A DNA stretch of 64,000 nt, taken from contig CALGLP010000018.1 of NCBI GenBank assembly GCA_937930175.1, forward strand, positions 14,193-78,192, written 5' to 3'. Shown here piece by piece: positions 47,653 through 59,309 of this stretch (positions within the stretch are counted from its first letter, which is position 1; each line of letters opens with the position of its first letter). The translations under genes were made by a program, and so were the position numbers. The notes below the pieces were generated by a model. That model saw nothing but the letters and a program-made list of their open reading frames with translations. It searched no databases and had not been told where the DNA came from. The DNA comes from an uncultured bacterium (lineage in GTDB: Bacteria; Omnitrophota; Gorgyraeia; Zapsychrales; Aceulaceae).

Positions 47653-47874
47653 ATGCCCAACAAACACCATTCCGCAGCAACCATCAAAAAGATTCGCTTA
47701 GCACAGATGGGAAAGAATAATTCGTTTTATGGCCGAAAACACACCCGAGAAACATGCAGGCAAATTTCTCGTAAAACATCAGGAAAAAATAATCCGATGT
47801 ACGGCAAAAGACATTCACCAGAAGTGCGACGTAAAATCAGTCTTGCGATTCGACGATCTCGTCTACACAAATAA
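47653..47874 (+). CDS. NUMOD3-repeat-only small DNA-binding protein (homing-endonuclease DNA-binding module without a nuclease domain)
   Basis: Three tandem HS.E.R.KIS..(G) units: HHSAATIKKIRLAQMGKNNSFYG / RKHTRETCRQISRKTSGKNNPMYG / KRHSPEVRRKISLAIRRS. Very strong SD AGGAGGGGG 1 nt before the ATG. Confidence 0.55.
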   Translation: MPNKHHSAATIKKIRLAQMGKNNSFYGRKHTRETCRQISRKTSGKNNPMYGKRHSPEVRRKISLAIRRSRLHK

Positions 47875-47878
47875 GGAA

Positions 47879-48445
47879 ATGAAGAAGAACTTTCCGTTGT
47901 TTGTCTGGCATAAGCGTTCTGGAAGAATGTTGTCCTCTAAAGTTCTTCAGACGAGGGAGAGTCCCCGGGGAGCAGAAAAAAAGAAAAATCTACCCGAAAG
48001 AACTCCCGCAGAACAATTTCTTAAGAAACTTCAGACTCAAATACGCAAGACCTTTATTTTATTTTTATTTTATTTTCTGTGTAGTTCTTATCTTTTAAGT
48101 GCTCAAGGGTGCTCCAAGAAAGAAAAGGTGAAGCCTCCTCTTGGGAAATGGAAAAGAGAAGCAACTTATATTAACGGCAAGTTCAGTCATGAGCGCCGGG
48201 CAACCCTAACGTTAAAGAAAACATTGTTCATCCTTGAAGAATCAACGTGTGAGACGCGAGGAATCGTATCCTACCAATCGCGCGCAATGATTTGGCATGT
48301 TCAAGAAACAGATTGTTATGGAGTGTCTATTCATGATGAAATTGACTATGGCTACACGATCGACCCAGGTGATGGAAGTCTAAAAATCTTCCGTAATAAT
48401 TTTTTTTATGACGAGATCCGCGATGTTTATCGAAGAATTCGATAA
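47879..48445 (+). CDS. hypothetical protein (basic N-terminus, one hydrophobic segment)
   Basis: AAGGA-ATG start directly after the NUMOD3 ORF. The 47729 upstream extension overlaps the NUMOD3 ORF out of frame and is rejected. No recognisable motifs. Confidence 0.35.
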   Translation: MKKNFPLFVWHKRSGRMLSSKVLQTRESPRGAEKKKNLPERTPAEQFLKKLQTQIRKTFILFLFYFLCSSYLLSAQGCSKKEKVKPPLGKWKREATYINGKFSHERRATLTLKKTLFILEESTCETRGIVSYQSRAMIWHVQETDCYGVSIHDEIDYGYTIDPGDGSLKIFRNNFFYDEIRDVYRRIR

Positions 48446-48455
48446 ACACGTTTGA

Positions 48456-48881
48456 ATGATAGGTATGATAAGAAAAATATTATTAATCCCACTCATTGTT
48501 TTTTGCATTAGCAGGGTAAGCGCGGAACAATCCGTTGATGATTTAAAAAATCAAGCCTTCGCAAATATTACCCGTGCAAGACATATTATTGCCTATGCGC
48601 AGAAGCTGATCGAAACTTCTCCTAGCCGTCAGGCCGCAGAACATTGTGTCCAACTTTATCTTGAAGCCGCTCAACTCTACGGCAATGCCGCGCGACTGTT
48701 AAGAGCCATGGGATCCAATTACGTCCCACAAGGCATTATTGATGAATTTGCCAAAGGAGAGAAAAATTGTCTTAAAATAGTCGATGATATTCGACGATTC
48801 TTAAATAGAGGAGAAATCGTTGGCACACATAAAGACACGATGCAATCGCTTTTAAAAAAATTAAAGGAAACATCACCATGA
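48456..48881 (+). CDS. hypothetical secreted/periplasmic helical protein
   Basis: Signal peptide [16 protein letters not shown]|EQ; alpha-helical remainder. Confidence 0.45.
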   Translation: MIGMIRKILLIPLIVFCISRVSAEQSVDDLKNQAFANITRARHIIAYAQKLIETSPSRQAAEHCVQLYLEAAQLYGNAARLLRAMGSNYVPQGIIDEFAKGEKNCLKIVDDIRRFLNRGEIVGTHKDTMQSLLKKLKETSP

Positions 48882-49087
48882 AATGCCCTAATAAAGAAAG
48901 AAATTTAACACTGTGCACCTGCACTTATGCAGGCTGTGAAAAGCATGGCCTATGCTGTGAATGCCTTCATTATCATCGCAAGAAAGGTGCCTTGCCGGCT
49001 TGCTATTTTCCAGCTGATGCAGAAAAAACCTACGATCGATCCATTGAATATTTTATTGAAATCTATCAAAAACGAAAACATTTGTAG
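48878..49087 (+). CDS. small Cys/His-rich protein (putative metal-binding)
   Basis: 69 aa with C.{4}C.C.{4}C.{5}CC.C.H.H.{7}C spacing; ATGA translational coupling to the upstream ORF. Confidence 0.45.
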   Translation: MKCPNKERNLTLCTCTYAGCEKHGLCCECLHYHRKKGALPACYFPADAEKTYDRSIEYFIEIYQKRKHL

Positions 49088-49161
49088 GCTAAGTTAAAAA
49101 AATCTTGAATGCCGTTTTGGCCTATGTTACAGTAAACACTTCAAACAACCTTAAGGTCGCT

Positions 49162-50562
49162 ATGGGAACCACACTCTACGAAAAAATTTGGAACAGTCAT
49201 TTAGTTCATGCCGAAAATGGCCAGGCATCGCTTATTTACGTTGACCGTCATCTCATGCACGAAGTGACATCCCCGCAAGCTTTCGAGGCGTTACGCCTGA
49301 AGGGGCGCCAGGTACGTTCAAGGGCAAGAACCTTTGCGGTTATGGACCACAACGTTCCAACGCGAGCAAAAGATTTAAGCTTTGCTGATGCCATTTCACG
49401 TACACAGATGGAAGCCTTGGCAAAAAATTGTCATGATTTTGGCGTCAAACTCTTTGATTTTATGCATCCTGATCAAGGCGTTATTCATATTATTGGTCCT
49501 GAGCTTGGCATTACCTTGCCAGGGATGGTCATTGTCTGCGGAGATTCACACACCGCGACCCATGGCGCCTTTGGATCTCTAGCTTTTGGGATCGGCACAT
49601 CAGAAGTTGAGCATGTGTTAGCGACGCAAACATTGCAGCAAAATAAATCAAAAACCATGCGCATCACTGTTGATGGTAAGATCTCTAAAGGTGTAACAGC
49701 AAAAGATATTATTTTATATATCATTGGGAAGATAGGGACTGATGGCGCAACAGGATATATTGTTGAATACGACGGTAGCGCGATTAGGCATTTATCCATG
49801 GAAGGACGCATGACCATTTGCAATATGAGTATCGAAGCAGGAGCCAGAGCGGGCATGATCGCGCCAGATGAAACAACCTTCAATTATCTCAAAGGAAAAG
49901 ATTTTGCTCCCACGGAGAGCCACTGGGATAGCGCGTTGGCCTCTTGGAAAACTTTAAAAAGTGATCTTGATGCTAAATTCGACAAAACGGTAAATATCGA
50001 TGCTACAGATATTCGCCCGCAAATTACCTGGGGCACTTCACCTGAGCAAGTTGTTGCGATTGACGCAAGTGTTCCCGATCCAAAAGAGTTTAGCGATCCG
50101 GTGAAGCAAGAAGCTGCCAAAAAGGCCTTAGCCTACACGGGCCTGGTTCCCGGAACGCCCATGACATCAATTAAAATTGATATTGTCTTTATTGGTTCTT
50201 GCACAAATGGAAGGATTGAAGATCTGCGTGCGGCGGCAAGCATTGTGAAAAATCAAAAAGTTGCTAAACATGTTCAGGCGCTAGCTGTTCCAGGATCTGG
50301 ACGTGTCAAACGCCAAGCTGAGCAAGAAGGACTCGACAAGATCTTTAAAGATGCTGGTTTTGAATGGCGCGAGCCTGGTTGTTCGATGTGTTTGGCCATG
50401 AATGAAGACAGGGCCGCTCCTGGCCAACGCTGCATCTCAACAAGTAATCGCAATTTTGAAGGCCGCCAGGGTAAGGATAGTCGAAGCCACCTAGCAAGCC
50501 CTGAAATGGCCGCGATCGCTGCTATCAAAGGCCATGTCGCTGATATACGGGAGTATCTCTAA
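49162..50562 (+). CDS. leuC: 3-isopropylmalate dehydratase large subunit
   Basis: [35 protein letters not shown] aconitase-family Fe-S ligands; about 466 aa from ATG 49162. Confidence 0.9.
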   Translation: MGTTLYEKIWNSHLVHAENGQASLIYVDRHLMHEVTSPQAFEALRLKGRQVRSRARTFAVMDHNVPTRAKDLSFADAISRTQMEALAKNCHDFGVKLFDFMHPDQGVIHIIGPELGITLPGMVIVCGDSHTATHGAFGSLAFGIGTSEVEHVLATQTLQQNKSKTMRITVDGKISKGVTAKDIILYIIGKIGTDGATGYIVEYDGSAIRHLSMEGRMTICNMSIEAGARAGMIAPDETTFNYLKGKDFAPTESHWDSALASWKTLKSDLDAKFDKTVNIDATDIRPQITWGTSPEQVVAIDASVPDPKEFSDPVKQEAAKKALAYTGLVPGTPMTSIKIDIVFIGSCTNGRIEDLRAAASIVKNQKVAKHVQALAVPGSGRVKRQAEQEGLDKIFKDAGFEWREPGCSMCLAMNEDRAAPGQRCISTSNRNFEGRQGKDSRSHLASPEMAAIAAIKGHVADIREYL

Positions 50563-51174
50563 ATGGAACCTTTTTCTCTTCATACAGGTATTGTGGTGCC
50601 CATCGATCGCGCGAATATTGATACGGATGCCATAATTCCAAAACAATTTCTTAAAAAAGTGAATCGCACAGGCTTTGGGAAACATCTTTTTCATGATTGG
50701 CGCTACACCGATGAAGATGAGCATAATGAAAATCCTGACTTTATCTTAAACAAATCAACATATCAAAACGCTACAATCCTTTTGGCGCGTGACAATTTTG
50801 GGTGCGGTTCCAGTCGTGAACATGCCCCTTGGGCTCTAGCTGATTTCGGTTTTAAGGTAATTATCGCGCCAAGCTTTGCTGATATCTTTTATAATAATTG
50901 CTTACGTAATGGCTTGCTCCTCGTGAAATTAACGTCAGAAGAAGTAGACGATCTCTTTTTGTTGGCACTTCAAGCAAGTGGCGTTAAAATAACAGCTGAT
51001 TTGAACCGACAAAAGATTCTTACCCCCCGGGGTCAAGAATATTCTTTTCCTATCGATCCCTTTGCCAAAGAATGCCTGATTAAAGGGCTTGATGCGATTG
51101 GTTGGACGGAACAATTTATAGCAAAAATTGATTTATTTGAAAAGAACCTGAAACAAGAAAAGCCTTGGATTTAG
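50563..51174 (+). CDS. leuD: 3-isopropylmalate dehydratase small subunit
   Basis: G..VP.D..NIDTD.IIPKQFLK..R.GFG..LF..WR and GCGSSREHA blocks. Confidence 0.9.
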   Translation: MEPFSLHTGIVVPIDRANIDTDAIIPKQFLKKVNRTGFGKHLFHDWRYTDEDEHNENPDFILNKSTYQNATILLARDNFGCGSSREHAPWALADFGFKVIIAPSFADIFYNNCLRNGLLLVKLTSEEVDDLFLLALQASGVKITADLNRQKILTPRGQEYSFPIDPFAKECLIKGLDAIGWTEQFIAKIDLFEKNLKQEKPWI

Positions 51175-51183
51175 GAGGACGTT

Positions 51184-52251
51184 ATGGCAGGCAATAGTTT
51201 TGGAAACATTTTTAAGGTAACAACATTTGGCGAAAGCCATGGGGTTGCTATTGGTGCGGTCGTCGATGGGGCCTGGCCTGGGCTAAAATTGTGCAAGGAA
51301 GATATTCAAAAAGAACTTAATCGCAGACGACCTGGTCAAAGTAAGGTCACAACACAGCGTCAGGAACTTGATGAAGTCCAGATTCTTTCTGGGGTTTTTG
51401 AAGGCAAGACCACAGGTTGTCCAATTGGACTCTTAATTTATAATAAAGATGCACGTACTCATGATTACAAAGCACTCAAAGATATTTTCCGTCCCGGTCA
51501 TGCAGATTTTGTTTATCAGGAAAAATATGGCATTCGTGACTGGAGAGGCGGGGGGAGAGCCTCTGGTCGCGAAACCGCGATGCGGGTTGCCGCAGGCGCG
51601 ATCGCCAAAAAAATGTTAAATGAAAAAAGGATAACAGTTATCGGGTATACAAAAGAAATTGGGGGTGTTGTCGCACAGAAAATAGATTTTAACATGATTG
51701 AAAAAAACATTGTTCGCTCGCCTGATCGCGTAGCTGCCAATCAAATGATTAAAAAAATTGAAAAAGCACGTCAGGCCGGTGATTCGTTAGGCGGGATTAT
51801 CGAAGTCATCATCAAGGGTTGTCCCATTGGCCTCGGAGATCCAGTTTTTGACAAGCTGGATGCTAGGCTTGCCGCTGCGGTTATGTCAATTGGTGCTATC
51901 AAAGGCGTTGAAATCGGTGCTGGTTTTCAATCCGCATCGATGCTAGGATCAGAATTCAATGATATTCCATTCTTAAAAAACAAATCCGTGAAGTTACGCA
52001 CAAACAATAGTGGTGGCATTTCCGCAGGGATTTCTAATGGGGAAGACATCATTTTACGCGTTGCCGTGCGCCCCACATGTTCCATTGCAAAACCTCAGCA
52101 AGCCCTCACAAAAAATAAAACTTTGAGCATGCTTGAAATCAAGGGCCGCCATGATCCATGCATTTGTCCGCGTGCGGTTGTTGTTGTTGAGGCCATGGTC
52201 GCTTTGACACTCATCGATGCATTATTAACGCATCAAGCCTTGTCGCGTTAA
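51184..52251 (+). CDS. aroC: chorismate synthase
   Basis: [21 protein letters not shown]-terminus, [24 protein letters not shown]. Confidence 0.9.
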   Translation: MAGNSFGNIFKVTTFGESHGVAIGAVVDGAWPGLKLCKEDIQKELNRRRPGQSKVTTQRQELDEVQILSGVFEGKTTGCPIGLLIYNKDARTHDYKALKDIFRPGHADFVYQEKYGIRDWRGGGRASGRETAMRVAAGAIAKKMLNEKRITVIGYTKEIGGVVAQKIDFNMIEKNIVRSPDRVAANQMIKKIEKARQAGDSLGGIIEVIIKGCPIGLGDPVFDKLDARLAAAVMSIGAIKGVEIGAGFQSASMLGSEFNDIPFLKNKSVKLRTNNSGGISAGISNGEDIILRVAVRPTCSIAKPQQALTKNKTLSMLEIKGRHDPCICPRAVVVVEAMVALTLIDALLTHQALSR

Positions 52252-52266
52252 CATGCTTCTTATCCT

Positions 52267-53154
52267 ATGGTTAAAGATCAAGAAACCAAAGTTATTCTGA
52301 TTACCGGTTGCTCGAGTGGCTTTGGCTTGCGCATCGCCGCACGCCTTTCCACTGGTCTTTATCATGTTGTTGCTTCGATGCGTAATCTTCAAAAGAAAGA
52401 AAATCTTTTAGGTGAAGTTGAACTTCGTAATGGAAAAATTGACTTAGTTTGCCTCGACGTCACTGATGTCGCTACCATTAAAGATGCCATCGCGAAAATC
52501 AAGGCTCAATATGGCCGACTTGATGTTTTGATCAATAACGCAGGCTACGGCATCGGAGGTTTTTTTGAAGATTTAACTCAGGATGAAATTCGCGCGCAAA
52601 TGGAAACAAATTTCTTTGGTGTGCAAAATGTCATCCGCGAAGCCCTTCCGCTGATGCGTGCGCAGACCCAAGGTCTCATCATCAACATCTCGAGCGTTTC
52701 AGGTTTATACGCGTTGCCGTGTTTTGGGGCCTACAATGCGAGCAAGTGGGCCCTGGAAGGTTTTTCCGAAAGCCTTTTTTATGAATTATTGCCGTTTGGC
52801 ATCAGGGTCTGCCTGATCGAGCCTGGACTTTACAAAACAAAGATCTTTTACGAAAATCGCAAATATGCGTCGGGTTTCTTTAACCAAGAAAGCCCTTATT
52901 ATAAAATCTCTCAAATGTTACAGAAACGCACTAATGACCACATCAAATCAGATGATAAAAACCCTGAAGACATTGCGCTCCTGATTGAGGATATCATTAA
53001 TAACGAAAATCCATCCTTTCGCAATATTCCTGATATGCGTAGTCGTGTTTTATACGCATTGAGACGCTTTTTACCATTTAGTCTTTTTAGCTGGGTTGTT
53101 GCAAAAGCGATTTACGTTGACTCTCAATCAACAAAGGATCGGCAAGGAGCTTAA
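52267..53154 (+). CDS. SDR-family oxidoreductase
   Basis: TGCSSGFG Rossmann motif, NNAG, YNASK catalytic tetrad residues. Confidence 0.8.
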   Translation: MVKDQETKVILITGCSSGFGLRIAARLSTGLYHVVASMRNLQKKENLLGEVELRNGKIDLVCLDVTDVATIKDAIAKIKAQYGRLDVLINNAGYGIGGFFEDLTQDEIRAQMETNFFGVQNVIREALPLMRAQTQGLIINISSVSGLYALPCFGAYNASKWALEGFSESLFYELLPFGIRVCLIEPGLYKTKIFYENRKYASGFFNQESPYYKISQMLQKRTNDHIKSDDKNPEDIALLIEDIINNENPSFRNIPDMRSRVLYALRRFLPFSLFSWVVAKAIYVDSQSTKDRQGA

Positions 53155-53261
53155 GCTAAAAAAGAAGAGTTGCAGGGTTACGATTTTTTTGGCATCGATG
53201 AGAAGAGGTTTATCTTTTTCGTAGCTCTCGAGAAGTATCACTTCCAAAATCTCCAGACCTC

Positions 53262-53909
53262 TCAACCCATGCGATTTCGTAAGAAATCCGCTTCACTCAC
53301 ACACGTCAGATACGGATTTGTTTTTCGCTCTTGCCCTAGGGTTGAGGTCAAGCGAGCGCCATAGGCATGTCCTGGATAGATCGTTGTTTGATCAGGAAGT
53401 TTCAAGAGAATATCATAAAGCGTGTGATACATGGTTTTCGCGCTTCCCCCAGGAAGGTCGCAACGCCCGCAAGCATTGACAAAAAGCGTATCGCCGGTGA
53501 GCAGGTGGCCTGGAATATAGAAACATTGACACCCAGGTGTGTGTCCCGGCGTTTGAATGCACTCAATGTCAATCGTTCCGATTTTAATTTTTTGATGATC
53601 TTTGGTTATCTTGAGATTAGGACAACGGGGAAGATAAATTTCAATTTCTTTTTCTGAAATATAGATCGGAATGTTTAGCTCCTTGACAAGCTCGCTTGCC
53701 CCATCGGAATGGTCATAGTGGCCATGGGTCAGAAGCCCGCAAACAATTTCCAATCCAGCTTTTTGAGCTTCCTTGAGAATAGCAGGGATATCCCAGGCCG
53801 GATCTACCACAGCAATTTTTTTTGTTATTTGATCGCCAACAAGATAAACCAAATTACCCATAGGTCCTAAGGGAATTCTCTTGATCAATAACTGTTCAGC
53901 TGTTTTCAT
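53262..53909 (-). CDS. MBL-fold metallo-hydrolase (glyoxalase II-like)
   Basis: THGHYDHSDG (HxHxDH), downstream His/Asp ligands (TPGHTPG, GD), 215 aa. Confidence 0.8.
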   Translation of the reverse strand: MKTAEQLLIKRIPLGPMGNLVYLVGDQITKKIAVVDPAWDIPAILKEAQKAGLEIVCGLLTHGHYDHSDGASELVKELNIPIYISEKEIEIYLPRCPNLKITKDHQKIKIGTIDIECIQTPGHTPGCQCFYIPGHLLTGDTLFVNACGRCDLPGGSAKTMYHTLYDILLKLPDQTTIYPGHAYGARLTSTLGQERKTNPYLTCVSEADFLRNRMG

Positions 53910-53988
53910 GATAGTCTCTAAAAAGTATTTTTCAGCATTATATCGTGTTCAACGTAAAAGACAACTTAAAAACCCTTCTGATTTCACC

Positions 53989-54016
53989 TTGACAGTTAAA
54001 CAGGGGAGCTTATAAT
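53989..54016 (+). promoter_or_regulatory. consensus sigma70 promoter for the trx-like/thiC transcription unit
   Basis: TTGACA - 16 nt - TATAAT; RBS AAAGGAG precedes ATG 54044. Confidence 0.6.
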
Positions 54017-54043
54017 AGATTTTCAAAATCAAAGGAGACGTTT

Positions 54044-54598
54044 ATGTCATTAGCTGCATCAATCAAGATTCCGATGGGGACCCTGATGCCATCTTTTTGC
54101 CTCTCTGATCCCCGCGGTAAAGATTACAGGTCAGAAGATGTAATCGGTGGGCGAGGCCTTTTGGTTCTGTTTACAAGCAATTCTTGTCCGTATACACACG
54201 CGGCTTGGCCACGACTTGTCCGCCTTGCAAAGCATGCCCAATGCCTAGGCATTAATACCGTTGCGATCAGCGCTCGCACGAGCGCTAAAGATCCCAAGGA
54301 TACACCTAAAGAAATGCTCCGGATAATTAAGGAATTCAAGATTTCCTTTCCTTACTTGATTGATGACGGGCAAAAGGTTGCTAAGCATTTCGAGGCTCAG
54401 TGTACTCCGGATATTTTTCTTTATGATCACGATCAAAAGCTCGTCTACCATGGCCGTATCGATGACAATTGGAGAGACGAATCCAAAGCGACCTCTTTTA
54501 ACCTGAAACTCGCGGTTGATGCCTTGGCAGCCGGGGAACCCGTTGAGCGACGCCAGATCTCATCTATGGGTCGTTCCATCAAATGGCGTACGCCATAA
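54044..54598 (+). CDS. thioredoxin-fold (AhpC/TSA / redoxin-family) protein with a single active-site Cys
   Basis: LVLFTSNSCPYTH: C-P-Y-T in place of CxxC; thioredoxin-like beta-alpha-beta core; 12 nt upstream of thiC. Confidence 0.55.
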   Translation: MSLAASIKIPMGTLMPSFCLSDPRGKDYRSEDVIGGRGLLVLFTSNSCPYTHAAWPRLVRLAKHAQCLGINTVAISARTSAKDPKDTPKEMLRIIKEFKISFPYLIDDGQKVAKHFEAQCTPDIFLYDHDQKLVYHGRIDDNWRDESKATSFNLKLAVDALAAGEPVERRQISSMGRSIKWRTP

Positions 54599-56203
<1,605 letters not shown>

Positions 56204-56219
56204 ATTGTCGATTATTTTT

Positions 56220-58043
56220 TTACGCCAGGTGGGATTGATAAAAAGGATTGACCGGCGAGAGCTTTAATGCATGAATCTTCGCGGCAAGATTCTTTAATTC
56301 CCTCAACATCTTGTCTTTTTGTTCTTGAGCTAAAAGCATTTCCTTGCCAAATAATTTCTCATAATAGGCAACGCCGTCCATCATGTTCACCTTAAACTCT
56401 TCAAACTGGTCAAGCTGACTTTCTGTTAACGTGCATTTGCAATGCCGAAGCTGATCAATCAAATTGTTAATATAAATCATTAGTTCTTTAATAAACATAT
56501 GGGGCCGCTCTTTCGCATTTAAAACATTGGCACGTCCGTAAATGTGGTCCACCATCTCTTTGAGGGTCATGACCTTCGAGAAGTACGCAAGATTCGGACC
56601 TGGACAAATCGCTGGAGTGAGTTCTTTGGCTGCGTTCTTAACATTGTGCTTGATCAAAACCGATGCCCCTAGGTCAAAACAAATACAGGTCTTGGCAACA
56701 ACATCTTCAACTTGCAAATTTTTATCGGGATCCGCTGATTGCATAATTTGGTCAAGCTTAAGTTTTTGATATTGACGTGACCCCAAACAGATCGGATGCT
56801 TTGTAAATTCTGCATTAAAAGATAAATGTCCTAAGGGACAAGGGCTTCCAGGACGATTGTCCTTAACGCGCTTTTCTTGAGCCAAATTGCTCGCTGATGT
56901 TCGAAGATTATTAAAAGGGATTCCCATCGGGGAAGAGTTGCTTAAATAAAGATCATCCTCATCAGCGTCCACAAGCTTTTGAAGGGTTTCATCATCGACA
57001 TTCGTCACTTCCGGCACCAAGAGAAAAGGTGTTGCCCAGCCTGTGCCATCCACGCGATAATGCTCCTGCAGAAAACGATCTTCTCCGCAGGTGCAAATCC
57101 CACCTTGAACCGTGATCTTGGGATCAGGAGGGGTGCGTGTCATCAATTTATCTTTTATCTTGATAGCTTCGTTGTAAATGGCGCGAATACTACCGATAAA
57201 CTCGTGTTTTTTTGAACGCATTTCCTCAAGGATGGGCCCTAAAAGATGGCCGTTCGATGTAAAGGCATGTCCACCACAGTTCAAGCCCGATTCAATACGA
57301 AATTCCGAGACCCACAGCCCCTTTTTGGCAAGAAATTTCCCTTGGGTAATGCAGGAGCGGTAGTCGCTAACCTTCAAAACAATTTTCTTCTTAATTTCGC
57401 CTGTCTTATCGGCGTAAAAATCTTTAAACTGTTCAAGATAGGCATATAGCTTACGGTTAAACCCTGCAGACAGGATAAGGGCTGAATTTAGAGTACTCGA
57501 GGCGTACCCACGCAGGGCCGAAAGAGCATCGGAAAATTCATCAGGCAAAGGCTCACCATCCGGTGCAAAATTTGTCCGATCAAGCTTTGTCATGATATTC
57601 ACATCAATGGTGCCTGGCTTTATTTTTGCGCGCAATTCATCTTGAAGTTTCTGCTTCGTCGTGGCATCCGCTGCAGAAAGCATAGTGGCGTAGAGTTTCT
57701 TAACCGGCGACGTATCAGGCAAAAGTTCAAAATATTTTGTGATCTCTGTTCCTTTTTCAAAAGCGGATGCCTTGAGATCGTCAAATTGTTTGCGGACAAT
57801 GCGATCAAGAAGGTTGAGGTATTCGGTAATGCGCCGCGCTCGATGATCATGTTCCGTGCTTTTGATTTCTCGATATTCGAGGTGGTAAGCATCGCAATAA
57901 TACTTGCGCATATGCTCAATCAAGGTATCATCCACCAAAGAAATGACCGAAGACAGCCCGTAGCGGGCAACCTTGACTGGGGTATCGATGGAAAAACCTA
58001 TCCCCATAACCGGGATATGAAAGGTGTGGAGGTCTTTAAACAT
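56220..58043 (-). CDS. large Cys-rich cytoplasmic protein of unknown function; weak resemblance to NMO/IMPDH-like FMN TIM-barrel enzymes
   Basis: HIPVMGIGFS (compare P.I.APMAGVS), ESGLNCGGHAF (compare EAGGH), VQGGICTCGE (compare AAGGI/GSICTT). About 607 aa, far larger than canonical NMO. ATG 58043 preferred over TTG 58079. Confidence 0.35.
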   Translation of the reverse strand: MFKDLHTFHIPVMGIGFSIDTPVKVARYGLSSVISLVDDTLIEHMRKYYCDAYHLEYREIKSTEHDHRARRITEYLNLLDRIVRKQFDDLKASAFEKGTEITKYFELLPDTSPVKKLYATMLSAADATTKQKLQDELRAKIKPGTIDVNIMTKLDRTNFAPDGEPLPDEFSDALSALRGYASSTLNSALILSAGFNRKLYAYLEQFKDFYADKTGEIKKKIVLKVSDYRSCITQGKFLAKKGLWVSEFRIESGLNCGGHAFTSNGHLLGPILEEMRSKKHEFIGSIRAIYNEAIKIKDKLMTRTPPDPKITVQGGICTCGEDRFLQEHYRVDGTGWATPFLLVPEVTNVDDETLQKLVDADEDDLYLSNSSPMGIPFNNLRTSASNLAQEKRVKDNRPGSPCPLGHLSFNAEFTKHPICLGSRQYQKLKLDQIMQSADPDKNLQVEDVVAKTCICFDLGASVLIKHNVKNAAKELTPAICPGPNLAYFSKVMTLKEMVDHIYGRANVLNAKERPHMFIKELMIYINNLIDQLRHCKCTLTESQLDQFEEFKVNMMDGVAYYEKLFGKEMLLAQEQKDKMLRELKNLAAKIHALKLSPVNPFYQSHLA

Positions 58044-58146
58044 ATCGAATAATATACTCAATATTAATATATAAATCAAGGGCTTTCTGGAGACATTTTA
58101 TTGATTATTTGATTTTTAGTGAGCATTCCTTTACAATACAAAGGTC

Positions 58147-59283
58147 ATGAACGATTCTTTTTATCAAATGCTTAAACAGCAAGCGCTAGACGGCAAATCG
58201 ATCTCTAAAAAAGATTGTCGTCTGGTGCTTCAATCAAAGACCATCGATCTGCTGCTCCTTTTAAATGCTGCGTTTCATGTCCGCCAAAAGTATTGGGGTA
58301 AGGAAGTCACGATCCACATCCTTAACAATGTGCAAAATGGTCACTGCTCGGAAAACTGCCATTATTGCGCTCAATCAAAATCTTCAAGGGCTGCTATTGA
58401 ATCTTACCCGATGAAATCTGACCAAGCCATTCTTAACGAAGCCAAAATGGCCTACAACTCGGGCGCTTTCCGCTACTGCATGGTTTTTTCTGGCAAAGAA
58501 CAAGGCCTCAAGCGCATTGAGCATTTAAAACGTATCATTGAGTCCATCAAAAGAAAATATCCCATCGAAGTTTGTGTCTCGCCGGGATTTATTAACGCAC
58601 AACAAGCGCGTATCCTTAAAGAGGCAGGACTTGATCGACTTAATCACAATATCAACACCTCCAAGCGCTATTACGCAAGCATCTGCACAACACACACCTT
58701 TGATAAACGCCTCGAAACATTACGGGCAGCCCAAGACGTTGGCCTTGAGATGTGCTCAGGTGTTATTGTTGGCATGGGAGAAACGCCACGCGATGTGATT
58801 GATGCTGCCTTAACGCTACGAACGTTTAAAAATGTCAAATCCATTCCGATCAATTTCTTTCTTCCGATTCAAGGTACAAAACTCTCCCCAAAATCAAATC
58901 TTTCGCCGGAATACTGCCTAAGAGTTTTATGCCTATATCGCTTTTTACATCCAAGGGCAGAAATTCGCATGGCTGCTGGACGAGAATATCATTTGCGTGA
59001 TCTACAAGTTTTAGGCCTTTATCCCGCCAATTCGCTTTTCTTGGATGGGTATCTTAACGTCAAAGGCACGTCGCGCTTTCAAACGCTTCAGATGATCAAG
59101 GATGCTGGTTTCTCAATCAAGTCTGAACAAAATCTCGATACCCTTATTCAGAAAGAGCGGCAATGCTATACTAAAAACAATCACGACAATACTCCATTGA
59201 CTTTGAAACAATTATCAGACTTACATCCTGGACATAAGAAAAATTCCTGGCACTTTGGGTCCAAGGATCCTTTTGCCTTATAA
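58147..59283 (+). CDS. BioB-family radical SAM enzyme (biotin synthase-like)
   Basis: CSENCHYCAQS (CxxxCxxC plus QS as in BioB CPEDCKYCPQS), LNHNINTS (BioB YNHNLDTS), 378 aa with about 40 aa C-terminal extension; no other bio genes adjacent. Confidence 0.6.
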   Translation: MNDSFYQMLKQQALDGKSISKKDCRLVLQSKTIDLLLLLNAAFHVRQKYWGKEVTIHILNNVQNGHCSENCHYCAQSKSSRAAIESYPMKSDQAILNEAKMAYNSGAFRYCMVFSGKEQGLKRIEHLKRIIESIKRKYPIEVCVSPGFINAQQARILKEAGLDRLNHNINTSKRYYASICTTHTFDKRLETLRAAQDVGLEMCSGVIVGMGETPRDVIDAALTLRTFKNVKSIPINFFLPIQGTKLSPKSNLSPEYCLRVLCLYRFLHPRAEIRMAAGREYHLRDLQVLGLYPANSLFLDGYLNVKGTSRFQTLQMIKDAGFSIKSEQNLDTLIQKERQCYTKNNHDNTPLTLKQLSDLHPGHKKNSWHFGSKDPFAL

Positions 59284-59309
59284 ATTTTAAATTTACGTTA
59301 GGAGAGATT

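Noticed and set aside
47729-47878. 5' extension of ORF 47729-48445 overlapping the NUMOD3 ORF.
   Set aside because: It is out of frame with, and fully overlaps, a strongly SD-driven ORF. An AAGGA-ATG start at 47879 lies immediately after the NUMOD3 stop.
53170-53657. ORFs 53170-53364 and 53367-53657 on the + strand.
   Set aside because: They lie in the convergent intergenic region and antisense to the MBL hydrolase gene, with no supporting signals.
53910-54043. TPP (THI-box) riboswitch upstream of the thiC transcription unit.
   Set aside because: No CUGAGA / ACCUGAUCUGGAUAAUGCCAGCG-like elements are present. The region contains only a consensus promoter and an RBS.
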